64,000 nucleotides of DNA from Paramoeba atlantica (taxonomy: Eukaryota > Protista > Discosea), in the NCBI GenBank assembly GCA_977017575.1, contig CDRNVI010000203.1, positions 62,001 through 126,000 of the forward strand, read 5' to 3'. The translations under genes were made by a program, and so were the position numbers. The number at the start of each line of letters is the position of its first letter. Position 1 is the stretch's first letter. Positions 5,581 through 20,500 of the stretch are shown piece after piece. Below the pieces are notes generated by a model. That model was given only the letters and a program-made list of their open reading frames with translations, was not told the origin of the DNA and made no database searches.

Positions 5581-8500
5581 ATTATGCTAAGATTTATACT
5601 AAATTCAAGCATAAGATTGCACTAAGATTTCCTTCAGAAATTCAAGTGCAAATATCCGCTCAACTTATAAAATATAAGTGGCGTCTATATATTTAATCAT
5701 TACAAAAATAATGAATTAAATAGATCATGATAAGATTTTTTACAAAAATTCAATCATGAAGCATACACTATAGTGTATGCAAATTATTACAAAAATAATA
5801 ATTTTAAAATTTTTTCTTCGAAATTCAAAGAAGAATTTATTCGAAAAAAATATAAATTTTAATGTTTACGTGTTTAACTACAACTTAAATTTATATATAT
5901 TTCGTTAAATTAAGAGAATAATTAAACGAAACTGTTACTCGGCAAAAATAAGGGAATTTTTGAGTAACAGACCGTTCAAATTGAAAACAAAAAAACAATT
6001 TGCACGGCAATTCTTGGGGTTTTTACGCCTCACGGCTTCGTGATTGGACTAAAGAGCAGGAGCGAGAGCAAGAAAGTTTGCAGGGGTAGTTGAGTTAGCT
6101 ATTCCCGGTGGTAGCTAACCTCGATTCCTTAGTCTTTAGTTGTGATAATTTGGGATAGCGAAGTAAAATTTTTAAAGTTCGCTATCGACAATTATTGTTC
6201 TCTTTCATCTTTTGGCGTGCATTGCTAATTGATCCCAATAGACAATCACATTCAGAAATGATCGTTGCTATCCCTATATGTATGTAAAATATCATACATA
6301 AGAATCAATAAGATCTATTTCGTCTCCTCTTTTTTCTTTTAAAATAGCAGGACTAATCTATATTATATAGTTATTATTCAACTTTTTTAATTATATTTTA
6401 TCTGCTTGAACACCATAGTTCGATAAAAAATAAATAAAAAGATGAATAAATAACTAAAAAATAAAGATAGACAAGAACAAGAATAGTTTAGTTTAATTCC
6501 GTGTTAAATCCTCAATCCTTAAGTCGGATTTGTCACTCCATATACGATCAAACTTTATTTACTTAAATTTTTACAAAGATAGTAAAATTAAAAGTATAAA
6601 GATGATCTAGCTCACCAGTTTTATTTAAATTAAAATCTTACACAATGATTTTATATTTATAAACTACTCGCTTCCATCGACCCTCGACTTTGTTGAAGTT
6701 TGAGTTTTTGAGTTTACGATATTAAAGAGAAAAAAAATATTATTGCGCTCTATTGGTGGGGCTTTCGTTAGATTATTAAAAGCTCAACGTCATTGTTCGC
6801 GTTTTACGTTACACTCCACAAGCTAAACAAGTGCGTTCTGCCTTAATAATCACTACCCCTCACCAAAAGGTCGCAATAATATATGTTTTTAGCGTTTAAG
6901 ATCTGGAGACCATTTTCAAAATAGAAAATGTCAATCGCTTTTTTCTTACGCAAGTACGTCAAAAAAATCGTTTTTCTCCATGAGCTAAAACGAGTTAGTT
7001 CGATCGGGCTTTTTTTGATGCTTTTTTTGGATCGCAGCTTCAACAAAAAAAAATTTCTGCTGCTGTTTTCCAACAAAGAAAATTATAAAAAAATAATTTT
7101 GTTGTTGTCAAATACGATCTTTTAAAATATAAAATTTTTTTTATCGTTATAAATTTTATTCCAACATAAATTTGTTGGAAAAGTAACAGTAAAAAGTTGT
7201 TAATGAAAAAAAATAAATTCATTAACAACAACGTTGATGAAAAATATCAATCAACGCTGTTAAATTTCCAACAAAATAATGTCAGAAAAAAATTTCTGCC
7301 GAAATAATTTAGCTGATTAAATTTTTATCACGACAAAAATATTTTTTTGTGGATCAATTAAATCGTTATTAACAAAAAAGTTATAACGCTGTTAATTTTC
7401 CAACCTAAAAATTTTTTATCTCTCAAAAAATATTTTTTGATGTTCAAAGTTATCGTTTGATAACAAAAAAGTTATAACGCTGTAACTTTTCCAACAAAAA
7501 AAATTTTTTTTCGTGTTAAAAATTATTTTTGATCAATAAAAATTATTTTCGATGTTCAAATTCATCGTTTGATAACAAAAAAGTTATAACGCTGTTAATT
7601 TTCCATCAAAAATTATTTTTTTTGCTTCAAAAATTTTTTTTAACATAAAAATTTATGATGATGATTACAAAACCAGTGTTGCAACTCAAAAAAGTTGTTT
7701 AACACTGTGAATTTTCCATCAACATCATAATTTTTATTTAAAAATTTTAATCAAAATCAATTTTATAAACATTTTTTGTAAAAAAATTAAAATTTTTACT
7801 GGAAAATTACGGTGAGATGCATAAAAATTAGATTTAAACATAAATTTATGCAAACTACCGTTTAATTTCCAACAAAATTTAAATTTTTTTCATTCAAAAA
7901 TAGATTTTTTTAATTTTTCGCTGACAAAATTGAAAAAAAATTGAATTTTCATTCAAAAAGTTGTAAAATTGAGTCTCAGGATGAAAAAGTGGAAAAAGAC
8001 CACATTTTATCAATTCGACGCTAAATTAGCAAAAAATTTCAATTTCTACACCTAAATGACTGTAGAAATTGGTGTTTTCCTACAATTTTGTGGAAATCCC
8101 TGACAAACACTGCTAAATTTCCAACAAAAAGTCAATTTGCAGGTGCTGCCCGTGGATTTTCCAACAAAATACTAGCAAAACTACTCAAAATGCTATTTTT
8201 CCGGCAGAAAACCGTCAAAATCTGCTTTTTCTGGGCAGGAATGACAAAAACGGCCCAAAAAAGGCCCTGTCATTTTGCCCAAAAACGCAGTATTTTTTCC
8301 TGTTCTGGCCTGCAAATTAGCGGATGTCCAAGTGCCCCAAAAAAAGTGACTTGCACTCCGAGCCGACTCGAAAAGTCGTATTTTCCGGCAGAAACGAAAA
8401 AATATGCCACATTTTGTCCGACGATTATTTACAACTTTTTCTCGCATCCCATCATAGCGATTTTGCGGATCTGCAGGTTGGGAGGGAGCCAACTGCATTT

Positions 8501-11500
8501 TTTGGCCGTTTTGAACCCGTTTTGTAAAAAATCGCATATATAAACTCCTTAATTTCCCCTCAGAAATCTGCCACTTTTGGAGACCAAAAAGTGTTTTGCA
8601 GAATCTAAAGTGGAAAATAGGAGTTTTTTGACCCGATTTTGTGAACAAAACTGGCATCAAAAACTATTCCAAATGCTCCAATCCGAATTTCAGCTATTGA
8701 ACACTAAAAATGCTGAAAATCGCTATTTCGCACTGGAATTCCGCCAAAACTCCTTTTCAATGCGTATTTTGGGCGAGAAAACCGTCGATTTTATAATTTT
8801 TAAACTTTTTTTTGTATAATTTATCATTTTTAGCGCGGATTTCTATAATTTCTCGCATAATTTATTAGTTTTATAGCGTTGTAGTTAAAATTTTCATAAT
8901 TTTATCATCAAAGTCATCATTTTTCTATAATTTCAAACAAAATTATTAAAAAAAATGTTGTCTCAGACGAAAAAATTGCATGAAAGTTGTTAAACAACAC
9001 TAAAACTAAAAAAATATCCCGCAGAAATTAAAAAACCGTGATAAAAATTTATAAATTCAAAAGAAAAATTTAAAAATCTTAAAAATTTATGATGAAATCA
9101 TCTTCTTTGTACCAAAATCAGATGTAAACATCAAAAAATTTTTTTAAAATCACTAGTTGAAACCATCGTCTATGGTTTCTTTTGTTAATGATCAATGTTT
9201 TCATTTCATTCATAACATTTTCACGTTAACTTCGTTCAACTAACTTGAATTTTATTAAAATTATGATTCATAAAATAATTTTTTCATTGCTAAAAATAGA
9301 ATCGCAATGGAAATTATTATGAAACAAGTTTTAATAATTCAAACTTAAGTTTGAACTCGAGTTATAAAATTTTATAAATTTAAATTATAATTTCAATCAT
9401 TTCTATAATTAATTCAATAGAGAATTTATAATTATGAAACTATGAAACTATATTTAATGATTTAAAATTTAATAATCCCTGTATGTGTTCTTTATGTTTT
9501 CAATGTCTGATGATATGTTCGATATATCATCTTCTTTGTACCAAAATCAGATGTTGATTATCGTACATTCTTATTACATGAAAACAAAAAAGAACATACA
9601 ACAGGGAAATACTAAGATACTTTAATAACTATTATGTATATAAATTGATCGAATATATAATTACAAAAATAATTTAAAATATTCAATAATATTAAATATA
9701 TATAGTTATTAAAGTGATCTTGTATCCTAGTTCATGTCGATTCTTTTAGGTTTTCATGTAATAAGAATGTACGATAATCAACATCTGATTTTGACTCAAA
9801 GTAGAGTAATCATCGTTAAATATCAGTACAAAACTTATTACAAAGAAAACAACTAATAAAGCATCGACATGAAATTCTGCTAAGATTTCTACGAAATTCA
9901 AGCAGAAAATTACACTAAGATTTCCTATAGAAATTCAAGTGTAAACAAACATTAGTATTGCAAAAACAATCTATGTTTGTATTAAAAAAAACACATCTAG
10001 AACAATATAATATAAATCAATAAAAATATTTAATTACAAAAATAATATAAAATATAATTTATAAATTTATTATTAAAATGATCTAGATGAACATATTCCT
10101 GGGTATTCTAATGTGGTTTTCATGTAATAAACATGTACGATAATCAACATCTGATTTTGACTCAAAGTAGAGTAATCATCGTTAAATATCGTATAAAGTT
10201 TATTAATAATAAAACCACAAAGGAATCCAAGGAATAATTATGCTAAGATTTATACTAAATTCAAGCATAAGATTGCACTAAGATTTCCTTCAGAAATTCA
10301 AGTGCAAATATCCGCTCAACTTATAAAATATAAGTGGCGTCTATATATTTAATCATTACAAAAATAATGAATTAAATAGATCATGATAAGATTTTTTACA
10401 AAAATTCAATCATGAAGCATACACTATAGTGTATGCAAATTATTACAAAAATAATAATTTTAAAATTTTTTCTTCGAAATTCAAAGAAGAATTTATTCGA
10501 AAAAAATATAAATTTTAATGTTTACGTGTTTAACTACAACTTAAATTTATATATATTTCGTTAAATTAAGAGAATAATTAAACGAAACTGTTACTCGGCA
10601 AAAATAAGGGAATTTTTGAGTAACAGACCGTTCAAATTGAAAACAAAAAAACAATTTGCACGGCAATTCTTGGGGTTTTTACGCCTCACGGCTTCGTGAT
10701 TGGACTAAAGAGCAGGAGCGAGAGCAAGAAAGTTTGCAGGGGTAGTTGAGTTAGCTATTCCCGGTGGTAGCTAACCTCGATTCCTTAGTCTTTAGTTGTG
10801 ATAATTTGGGATAGCGAAGTAAAATTTTTAAAGTTCGCTATCGACAATTATTGTTCTCTTTCATCTTTTGGCGTGCATTGCTAATTGATCCCAATAGACA
10901 ATCACATTCAGAAATGATCGTTGCTATCCCTATATGTATGTAAAATATCATACATAAGAATCAATAAGATCTATTTCGTCTCCTCTTTTTTCTTTTAAAA
11001 TAGCAGGACTAATCTATATTATATAGTTATTATTCAACTTTTTTAATTATATTTTATCTGCTTGAACACCATAGTTCGATAAAAAATAAATAAAAAGATG
11101 AATAAATAACTAAAAAATAAAGATAGACAAGAACAAGAATAGTTTAGTTTAATTCCGTGTTAAATCCTCAATCCTTAAGTCGGATTTGTCACTCCATATA
11201 CGATCAAACTTTATTTACTTAAATTTTTACAAAGATAGTAAAATTAAAAGTATAAAGATGATCTAGCTCACCAGTTTTATTTAAATTAAAATCTTACACA
11301 ATGATTTTATATTTATAAACTACTCGCTTCCATCGACCCTCGACTTTGTTGAAGTTTGAGTTTTTGAGTTTACGATATTAAAGAGAAAAAAAATATTATT
11401 GCGCTCTATTGGTGGGGCTTTCGTTAGATTATTAAAAGCTCAACGTCATTGTTCGCGTTTTACGTTACACTCCACAAGCTAAACAAGTGCGTTCTGCCTT

Positions 11501-14500
11501 AATAATCACTACCCCTCACCAAAAGGTCGCAATAATATATGTTTTTAGCGTTTAAGATCTGGAGACCATTTTCAAAATAGAAAATGTCAATCGCTTTTTT
11601 CTTACGCAAGTACGTCAAAAAAATCGTTTTTCTCCATGAGCTAAAACGAGTTAGTTCGATCGGGCTTTTTTTGATGCTTTTTTTGGATCGCAGCTTCAAC
11701 AAAAAAAAATTTCTGCTGCTGTTTTCCAACAAAGAAAATTATAAAAAAATAATTTTGTTGTTGTCAAATACGATCTTTTAAAATATAAAATTTTTTTTAT
11801 CGTTATAAATTTTATTCCAACATAAATTTGTTGGAAAAGTAACAGTAAAAAGTTGTTAATGAAAAAAAATAAATTCATTAACAACAACGTTGATGAAAAA
11901 TATCAATCAACGCTGTTAAATTTCCAACAAAATAATGTCAGAAAAAAATTTCTGCCGAAATAATTTAGCTGATTAAATTTTTATCACGACAAAAATATTT
12001 TTTTGTGGATCAATTAAATCGTTATTAACAAAAAAGTTATAACGCTGTTAATTTTCCAACCTAAAAATTTTTTATCTCTCAAAAAATATTTTTTGATGTT
12101 CAAAGTTATCGTTTGATAACAAAAAAGTTATAACGCTGTAACTTTTCCAACAAAAAAAATTTTTTTTCGTGTTAAAAATTATTTTTGATCAATAAAAATT
12201 ATTTTCGATGTTCAAATTCATCGTTTGATAACAAAAAAGTTATAACGCTGTTAATTTTCCATCAAAAATTATTTTTTTTTGCTTCAAAAATTTTTTTTAA
12301 CATAAAAATTTATAATGATGATTACAAAATAAGTGTTGCAACTCAAAAAAGTTGTTTAACACTGTTAATTTTCCATCAACATCATAATTTTTATTTAAAA
12401 ATTTTAATCAAGCTCAATTTTATAAACATTTTTTGTAAAAAAATTAAAATTTTTACTGGAAAATTACGGTGAGATGCATAAAAATTAGATTTAAACATAA
12501 ATTTATGCAAACTACCGTTTAATTTCCAACAAAATTTAAATTTTTTTCATTCAAAAATAGATTTTTTTAATTTTTCGCCGACAAAATTGAAAAAAAATTG
12601 AATTTTCATTCAAAAAGTTGTAAAATTGAGTCTCAGGATGAAAAAGTGGAAAAAGACCACATTTTATCAATTCGACGCTAAATTAGCAAAAAATTTCAAT
12701 TTCTACACCTAAATGACTGTAGAAATTGGTGTTTTCCTACAATTTTGTGGAAATCCCTGACAAACACTGCTAAATTTCCAACAAAAAGTCAATTTGCAGG
12801 TGCTGCCCGTGGATTTTCCAACAAAATACTAGCAAAACTACTCAAAATGCTATTTTTCCGGCAGAAAACCGTCAAAATCTGCTTTTTCTGGGCAGGAATG
12901 ACAAAAACGGCCCAAAAAAGGCCCTGTCATTTTGCCCAAAAACGCAGTATTTTTTCCTGTTCTGGCCTGCAAATTAGCGGATGTCCAAAGCCCCCAAAAA
13001 AAGTGACTTGGACTCCGAGCCGACTCGAAAAGTCGTATTTTCCGGCAGAAACGAAAAAATATGCCACATTTTGTCCGACGATTATTTACAACTTTTTCTC
13101 GCATCCCATCATGGCGATTTTGCGGATCTGCAGGTTGGGAGGGAGCCAACTGCATTTTTTGGCCGTTTTGAACCCGTTTTGTAAAAAATCGCATATATAA
13201 ACTCCATAATTTCCCCTCAGAAATCTGCCACTTTTGGAGGCCAAAAAGTGTTTTGCAGAATCTCGAGGGCAAAATAGGAGTTTTTTGACCCGATTTTGTG
13301 AACAAAACTGGCATCAAAAACTATTCCAAATGCTCCAATCCGAATTTCAGCTATTGAACACTAAAAATGCTGAAAATCGCTATTTCGCACTGGAATTCCG
13401 CCAAAACTCCTTTTCAATGCGTATTTTGGGCGAGAAAACCGTCGATTTTATAATTTTTAAACTTTTTTTTGTATAATTTATCATTTTTAGCGCGGATTTC
13501 TATAATTTCTCGCATAATTTATTAGTTTTATAGCGTTGTAGTTAAAATTTTCATAATTTTATCATCAAAGTCATCATTTTTCTATAATTTCAAACAAAAT
13601 TATTAAAAAAAATGTTGTCTCAGACGAAAAAATTGCATGAAAGTTGTTAAACAACACTAAAACTAAAAAAATATCCCGCAGAAATTAAAAAACCGTGATA
13701 AAAATTTATAAATTCAAAAGAAAAATTTAAAAATCTTAAAAATTTATGATGAAATCATCTTCTTTGTACCAAAATCAGATGTAAACATCAAAAAATTTTT
13801 TTAAAATCACTAGCTGAAACCATCGTCTATGGTTTCTTTTGTTAATGATCAATGTTTTCATTTCATTCATAACATTTTCACGTTAACTTCGTTCAACTAA
13901 CTTGAATTTTATTAAAATTATGATTCATAAAATAATTTTTTCATTGCTAAAAATAGAATCGCAATGGAAATTATTATGAAACAAGTTTTAATAATTCAAA
14001 CTTAAGTTTGAACTCGAGTTATAAAATTTTAATAACATTAATATATACTTTTAAATAACTTCTATAATTAATTCAAAAGAGAATTTATAATTATGAACTT
14101 ATAAAACTATATTTAATGATTTAAAAATTTAATAACTTGTTCTAATGTTTTCAATGTAATACGATATTTACGATATATGATCTTCTTTGTTCCAAAATCA
14201 GATGTTGATTATCGTACATTCTTATTACATGAAAACAAAGAACAGCTACGGATAAGAACTGAAATGCCTTCCATATACCGAGATACTTTAAATTGATTAT
14301 AGATAAATTTTCTAAAATATTTAATTACAAAAATAATTTAAAATATTATTTACAAAACTTATAAATATAATCAATAAAAGTATACGTTATAAAGGAGCGC
14401 ATAGTTCCTATCACTTTTAAATACGCTATTTTCCTTGATAAAAAAAATCACTGGAAAATTAGCAGTCTTTAAAGAACTTCGATACAAAAAAGTATCTTGA

Positions 14501-17500
14501 CAATCTCTGTTGTTTTTGTTACAAAAAAATAGTAAATAACTTCAAACATATATACAAAATTAAACGTGTATAAAAAAAGAAAAACATACACTTTGATACA
14601 TTCAATCAAAAAAGATCTCAATCATGTATCATTAACTTTAGCATATATGTAAGAAGTTCCTTGGTGATTAATTCTTTTACGGTTTTCATGTAATAAACAT
14701 GTACGATAATCAACATCTGATTTTAACTCAAAGCAGAGTAATCATCGTTAAATATCGTACAAAAGTTATTACAAAGAAAACTGCTAAGAATTATCATCAG
14801 GAAATTGCACTAAGATTTCCTTCAGAAATTCAAGTACAAATATCCGCTTAACTTATAAAAAGATATAAGTAGCTTCTATATATATTTTTTTATCGAAAAA
14901 ACGATAAATAAATAAAGATCATGATAAGATTTCTACGAAATTCAATCATGAAGCATACACTATAGTGTATGCAAATTATTACAAAAATAATAATTTTAAA
15001 ATTTTTTTCTTCGTAATTCAAAGAAGAATTTACTTGAAAAAAAATATAAATTTTAATGTTTTCGTGTTTAACTACAACTTAAATTTATATATATTTCGTT
15101 AAATTAAGAGAATAATTAAACGAAACTGTTACTCGGCAAAAATAAGGGAATTTTTGAGTAACAGACCGTTCAAATTGAAAACAAAAAAACAATTTGCACG
15201 GCAATTCTTGGGGTTTTTACGCCTCACGGCTTCGTGATCGGACTAAAGAGCAGTAGCGAGAGCAAGAAAGTTTGCAGGGGTAGTTGAGTTAGCTATTCCC
15301 GGTGGTAGCTAACCTCGATTCCTTAGTCTTTAGTTGTGGTAATTTGGGATAGCGAAGTAAAATTTTTAAAGTTCGCTATCGACAATTACTATTCTCTTTC
15401 ATCTTTTGGCGTGCATTGCTAATTGATCCCAATAGACAATCACATTCAGAAACGATCGTAGCTTTACCTATATGTATGTAAAATATCATACATAAGAATC
15501 AATAAGATCTGTTTCGTCTCCTCTTTTTTCTTTTAAAATAGCAGGACTAATCTATATTATATAATTATTATTCAACTTTTTTAATTATATTTTATCTGCT
15601 TGAACACCATAGTTCGATAAAAAATAAATAAAAAGATGAATAAATAACTAAAAAATAAAGATAGACAAGAACAAGAATAGTTTAGTTTAATTCCGTGTTA
15701 AATCCTCAATCCTTAAGTCGGATTTGTCACTCCATATACGATCAAACTTTATTTACTTAAATTTTTACAAAGATAGTAAAATTAAAAGTATAAAGATGAT
15801 CTAGCTCACCAGTTTTATTTAAATTAAAATCTTACACAATGATTTTATATTTATAAACTACTCGCTTCCATCGACCCTCGACTTTGTTGAAGTTTAAGTT
15901 TTTGAGTTTACGATATTAAAGAGAAAAAAAATATTATTGCGCTCTATTGGTGGGGCTTTCGTTAGATTATTAAAAGCTCAACGTCATTGTTCGCGTTTTA
16001 CGTTACACTCCACAAGCTAAACAAGTGCGTTCTGCCTTAATAATCACTACCCCTCACCAAAAGGTCGCAATAATATATGTTTTTAGCGTTTAAGATCTGG
16101 AGACCATTTTCAAAATAGAAAATGTCAATCGCTTTTTTCTTACGCAAGTACGTCAAAAAAATCGTTTTTCTCCATGAGCTAAAACGAGTTAGTTCGATCG
16201 GGCTTTTTTTGATGCTTTTTTTGGATCGCAGCTTCAACAAAAAAAAATTTCTGCTGCTGTTTTCCAACAAAGAAAATTATAAAAAAATAATTTTGTTGTT
16301 GTCAAATACGATCTTTTAAAATATAAAATTTTTTTTATCGTTATAAATTTTATTCCAACATAAATTTGTTGGAAAAGTAACAGTAAAAAGTTGTTAATGA
16401 AAAAAAATAAATTCATTAACAACAACGTTGATGAAAAATATCAATCAACGCTGTTAAATTTCCAACAAAATAATGTCAGAAAAAAATTTCTGCCGAAATA
16501 ATTTAGCTGATTAAATTTTTATCACGACAAAAATATTTTTTTGTGGATCAATTAAATCGTTATTAACAAAAAAGTTATAACGCTGTTAATTTTCCAACCT
16601 AAAAATTTTTTATCTCTCAAAAAATATTTTTTGATGTTCAAAGTTATCGTTTGATAACAAAAAAGTTATAACGCTGTAACTTTTCCAACAAAAAAAATTT
16701 TTTTTCGTGTTAAAAATTATTTTTGATCAATAAAAATTATTTTCGATGTTCAAATTCATCGTTTGATAACAAAAAAGTTATAACGCTGTTAATTTTCCAT
16801 CAAAAATTATTTTTTTTTGCTTCAAAAATTTTTTTTAACATAAAAATTTATAATGATGATTACAAAATAAGTGTTGCAACTCAAAAAAGTTGTTTAACAC
16901 TGTTAATTTTCCATCAACATCATAATTTTTATTTAAAAATTTTAATCAAGCTCAATTTTATAAACATTTTTTGTAAAAAAATTAAAATTTTTACTGGAAA
17001 ATTACGGTGAGATGCATAAAAATTAGATTTAAACATAAATTTATGCAAACTACCGTTTAATTTCCAACAAAATTTAAATTTTTTTCATTCAAAAATAGAT
17101 TTTTTTAATTTTTCGCCGACAAAATTGAAAAAAAATTGAATTTTCATTCAAAAAGTTGTAAAATTGAGTCTCAGGATGAAAAAGTGGAAAAAGACCACAT
17201 TTTATCAATTCGACGCTAAATTAGCAAAAAATTTCAATTTCTACACCTAAATGACTGTAGAAATTGGTGTTTTCCTACAATTTTGTGGAAATCCCTGACA
17301 AACACTGCTAAATTTCCAACAAAAAGTCAATTTGCAGGTGCTGCCCGTGGATTTTCCAACAAAATACTAGCAAAACTACTCAAAATGCTATTTTTCCGGC
17401 AGAAAACCGTCAAAATCTGCTTTTTCTGGGCAGGAATGACAAAAACGGCCCAAAAAAGGCCCTGTCATTTTGCCCAAAAACGCAGTATTTTTTCCTGTTC

Positions 17501-20500
17501 TGGCCTGCAAATTAGCGGATGTCCAAAGCCCCCAAAAAAAGTGACTTGGACTCCGAGCCGACTCGAAAAGTCGTATTTTCCGGCAGAAACGAAAAAATAT
17601 GCCACATTTTGTCCGACGATTATTTACAACTTTTTCTCGCATCCCATCATGGCGATTTTGCGGATCTGCAGGTTGGGAGGGAGCCAACTGCATTTTTTGG
17701 CCGTTTTGAACCCGTTTTGTAAAAAATCGCATATATAAACTCCATAATTTCCCCTCAGAAATCTGCCACTTTTGGAGGCCAAAAAGTGTTTTGCAGAATC
17801 TCGAGGGCAAAATAGGAGTTTTTTGACCCGATTTTGTGAACAAAACTGGCATCAAAAACTATTCCAAATGCTCCAATCCGAATTTCAGCTATTGAACACT
17901 AAAAATGCTGAAAATCGCTATTTCGCACTGGAATTCCGCCAAAACTCCTTTTCAATGCGTATTTTGGGCGAGAAAACCGTCGATTTTATAATTTTTAAAC
18001 TTTTTTTTGTATAATTTATCATTTTTAGCGCGGATTTCTATAATTTCTCGCATAATTTATTAGTTTTATAGCGTTGTAGTTAAAATTTTCATAATTTTAT
18101 CATCAAAGTCATCATTTTTCTATAATTTCAAACAAAATTATTAAAAAAAATGTTGTCTCAGACGAAAAAATTGCATGAAAGTTGTTAAACAACACTAAAA
18201 CTAAAAAAATATCCCGCAGAAATTAAAAAACCGTGATAAAAATTTATAAATTCAAAAGAAAAATTTAAAAATCTTAAAAATTTATGATGAAATCATCTTC
18301 TTTGTACCAAAATCAGATGTAAACATCAAAAAATTTTTTTAAAATCACTAGCTGAAACCATCGTCTATGGTTTCTTTTGTTAATGATCAATGTTTTCATT
18401 TCATTCATAACATTTTCACGTTAACTTCGTTCAACTAACTTGAATTTTATTAAAATTATGATTCATAAAATAATTTTTTCATTGCTAAAAATAGAATCGC
18501 AATGGAAATTATTATGAAACAAGTTTTAATAATTCAAACTTAAGTTTGAACTCGAGTTATAAAATTTTAATAACATTAATATATACTTTTAAATAACTTC
18601 TATAATTAATTCAAAAGAGAATTTATAATTATGAACTTATAAAACTATATTTAATGATTTAAAAATTTAATAACTTGTTCTAATGTTTTCAATGTAATAC
18701 GATATTTACGATATATGATCTTCTTTGTTCCAAAATCAGATGTTGATTATCGTACATTCTTATTACATGAAAACAAAGAACAGCTACGGATAAGAACTGA
18801 AATGCCTTCCATATACCGAGATACTTTAAATTGATTATAGATAAATTTTCTAAAATATTTAATTACAAAAATAATTTAAAATATTATTTACAAAACTTAT
18901 AAATATAATCAATAAAAGTATACGTTATAAAGGAGCGCATAGTTCCTATCACTTTTAAATACGCTATTTTCCTTGATAAAAAAAATCACTGGAAAATTAG
19001 CAGTCTTTAAAGAACTTCGATACAAAAAAGTATCTTGACAATCTCTGTTGTTTTTGTTACAAAAAAATAGTAAATAACTTCAAACATATATACAAAATTA
19101 AACGTGTATAAAAAAAGAAAAACATACACTTTGATACATTCAATCAAAAAAGATCTCAATCATGTATCATTAACTTTAGCATATATGTAAGAAGTTCCTT
19201 GGTGATTAATTCTTTTACGGTTTTCATGTAATAAACATGTACGATAATCAACATCTGATTTTAACTCAAAGCAGAGTAATCATCGTTAAATATCGTACAA
19301 AAGTTATTACAAAGAAAACTGCTAAGAATTATCATCAGGAAATTGCACTAAGATTTCCTTCAGAAATTCAAGTACAAATATCCGCTTAACTTATAAAAAG
19401 ATATAAGTAGCTTCTATATATATTTTTTTATCGAAAAAACGATAAATAAATAAAGATCATGATAAGATTTCTACGAAATTCAATCATGAAGCATACACTA
19501 TAGTGTATGCAAATTATTACAAAAATAATAATTTTAAAATTTTTTTCTTCGTAATTCAAAGAAGAATTTACTTGAAAAAAAATATAAATTTTAATGTTTT
19601 CGTGTTTAACTACAACTTAAATTTATATATATTTCGTTAAATTAAGAGAATAATTAAACGAAACTGTTACTCGGCAAAAATAAGGGAATTTTTGAGTAAC
19701 AGACCGTTCAAATTGAAAACAAAAAAACAATTTGCACGGCAATTCTTGGGGTTTTTACGCCTCACGGCTTCGTGATCGGACTAAAGAGCAGTAGCGAGAG
19801 CAAGAAAGTTTGCAGGGGTAGTTGAGTTAGCTATTCCCGGTGGTAGCTAACCTCGATTCCTTAGTCTTTAGTTGTGGTAATTTGGGATAGCGAAGTAAAA
19901 TTTTTAAAGTTCGCTATCGACAATTACTATTCTCTTTCATCTTTTGGCGTGCATTGCTAATTGATCCCAATAGACAATCACATTCAGAAACGATCGTAGC
20001 TTTACCTATATGTATGTAAAATATCATACATAAGAATCAATAAGATCTGTTTCGTCTCCTCTTTTTTCTTTTAAAATAGCAGGACTAATCTATATTATAT
20101 AATTATTATTCAACTTTTTTAATTATATTTTATCTGCTTGAACACCATAGTTCGATAAAAAATAAATAAAAAGATGAATAAATAACTAAAAAATAAAGAT
20201 AGACAAGAACAAGAATAGTTTAGTTTAATTCCGTGTTAAATCCTCAATCCTTAAGTCGGATTTGTCACTCCATATACGATCAAACTTTATTTACTTAAAT
20301 TTTTACAAAGATAGTAAAATTAAAAGTATAAAGATGATCTAGCTCACCAGTTTTATTTAAATTAAAATCTTACACAATGATTTTATATTTATAAACTACT
20401 CGCTTCCATCGACCCTCGACTTTGTTGAAGTTTAAGTTTTTGAGTTTACGATATTAAAGAGAAAAAAAATATTATTGCGCTCTATTGGTGGGGCTTTCGT

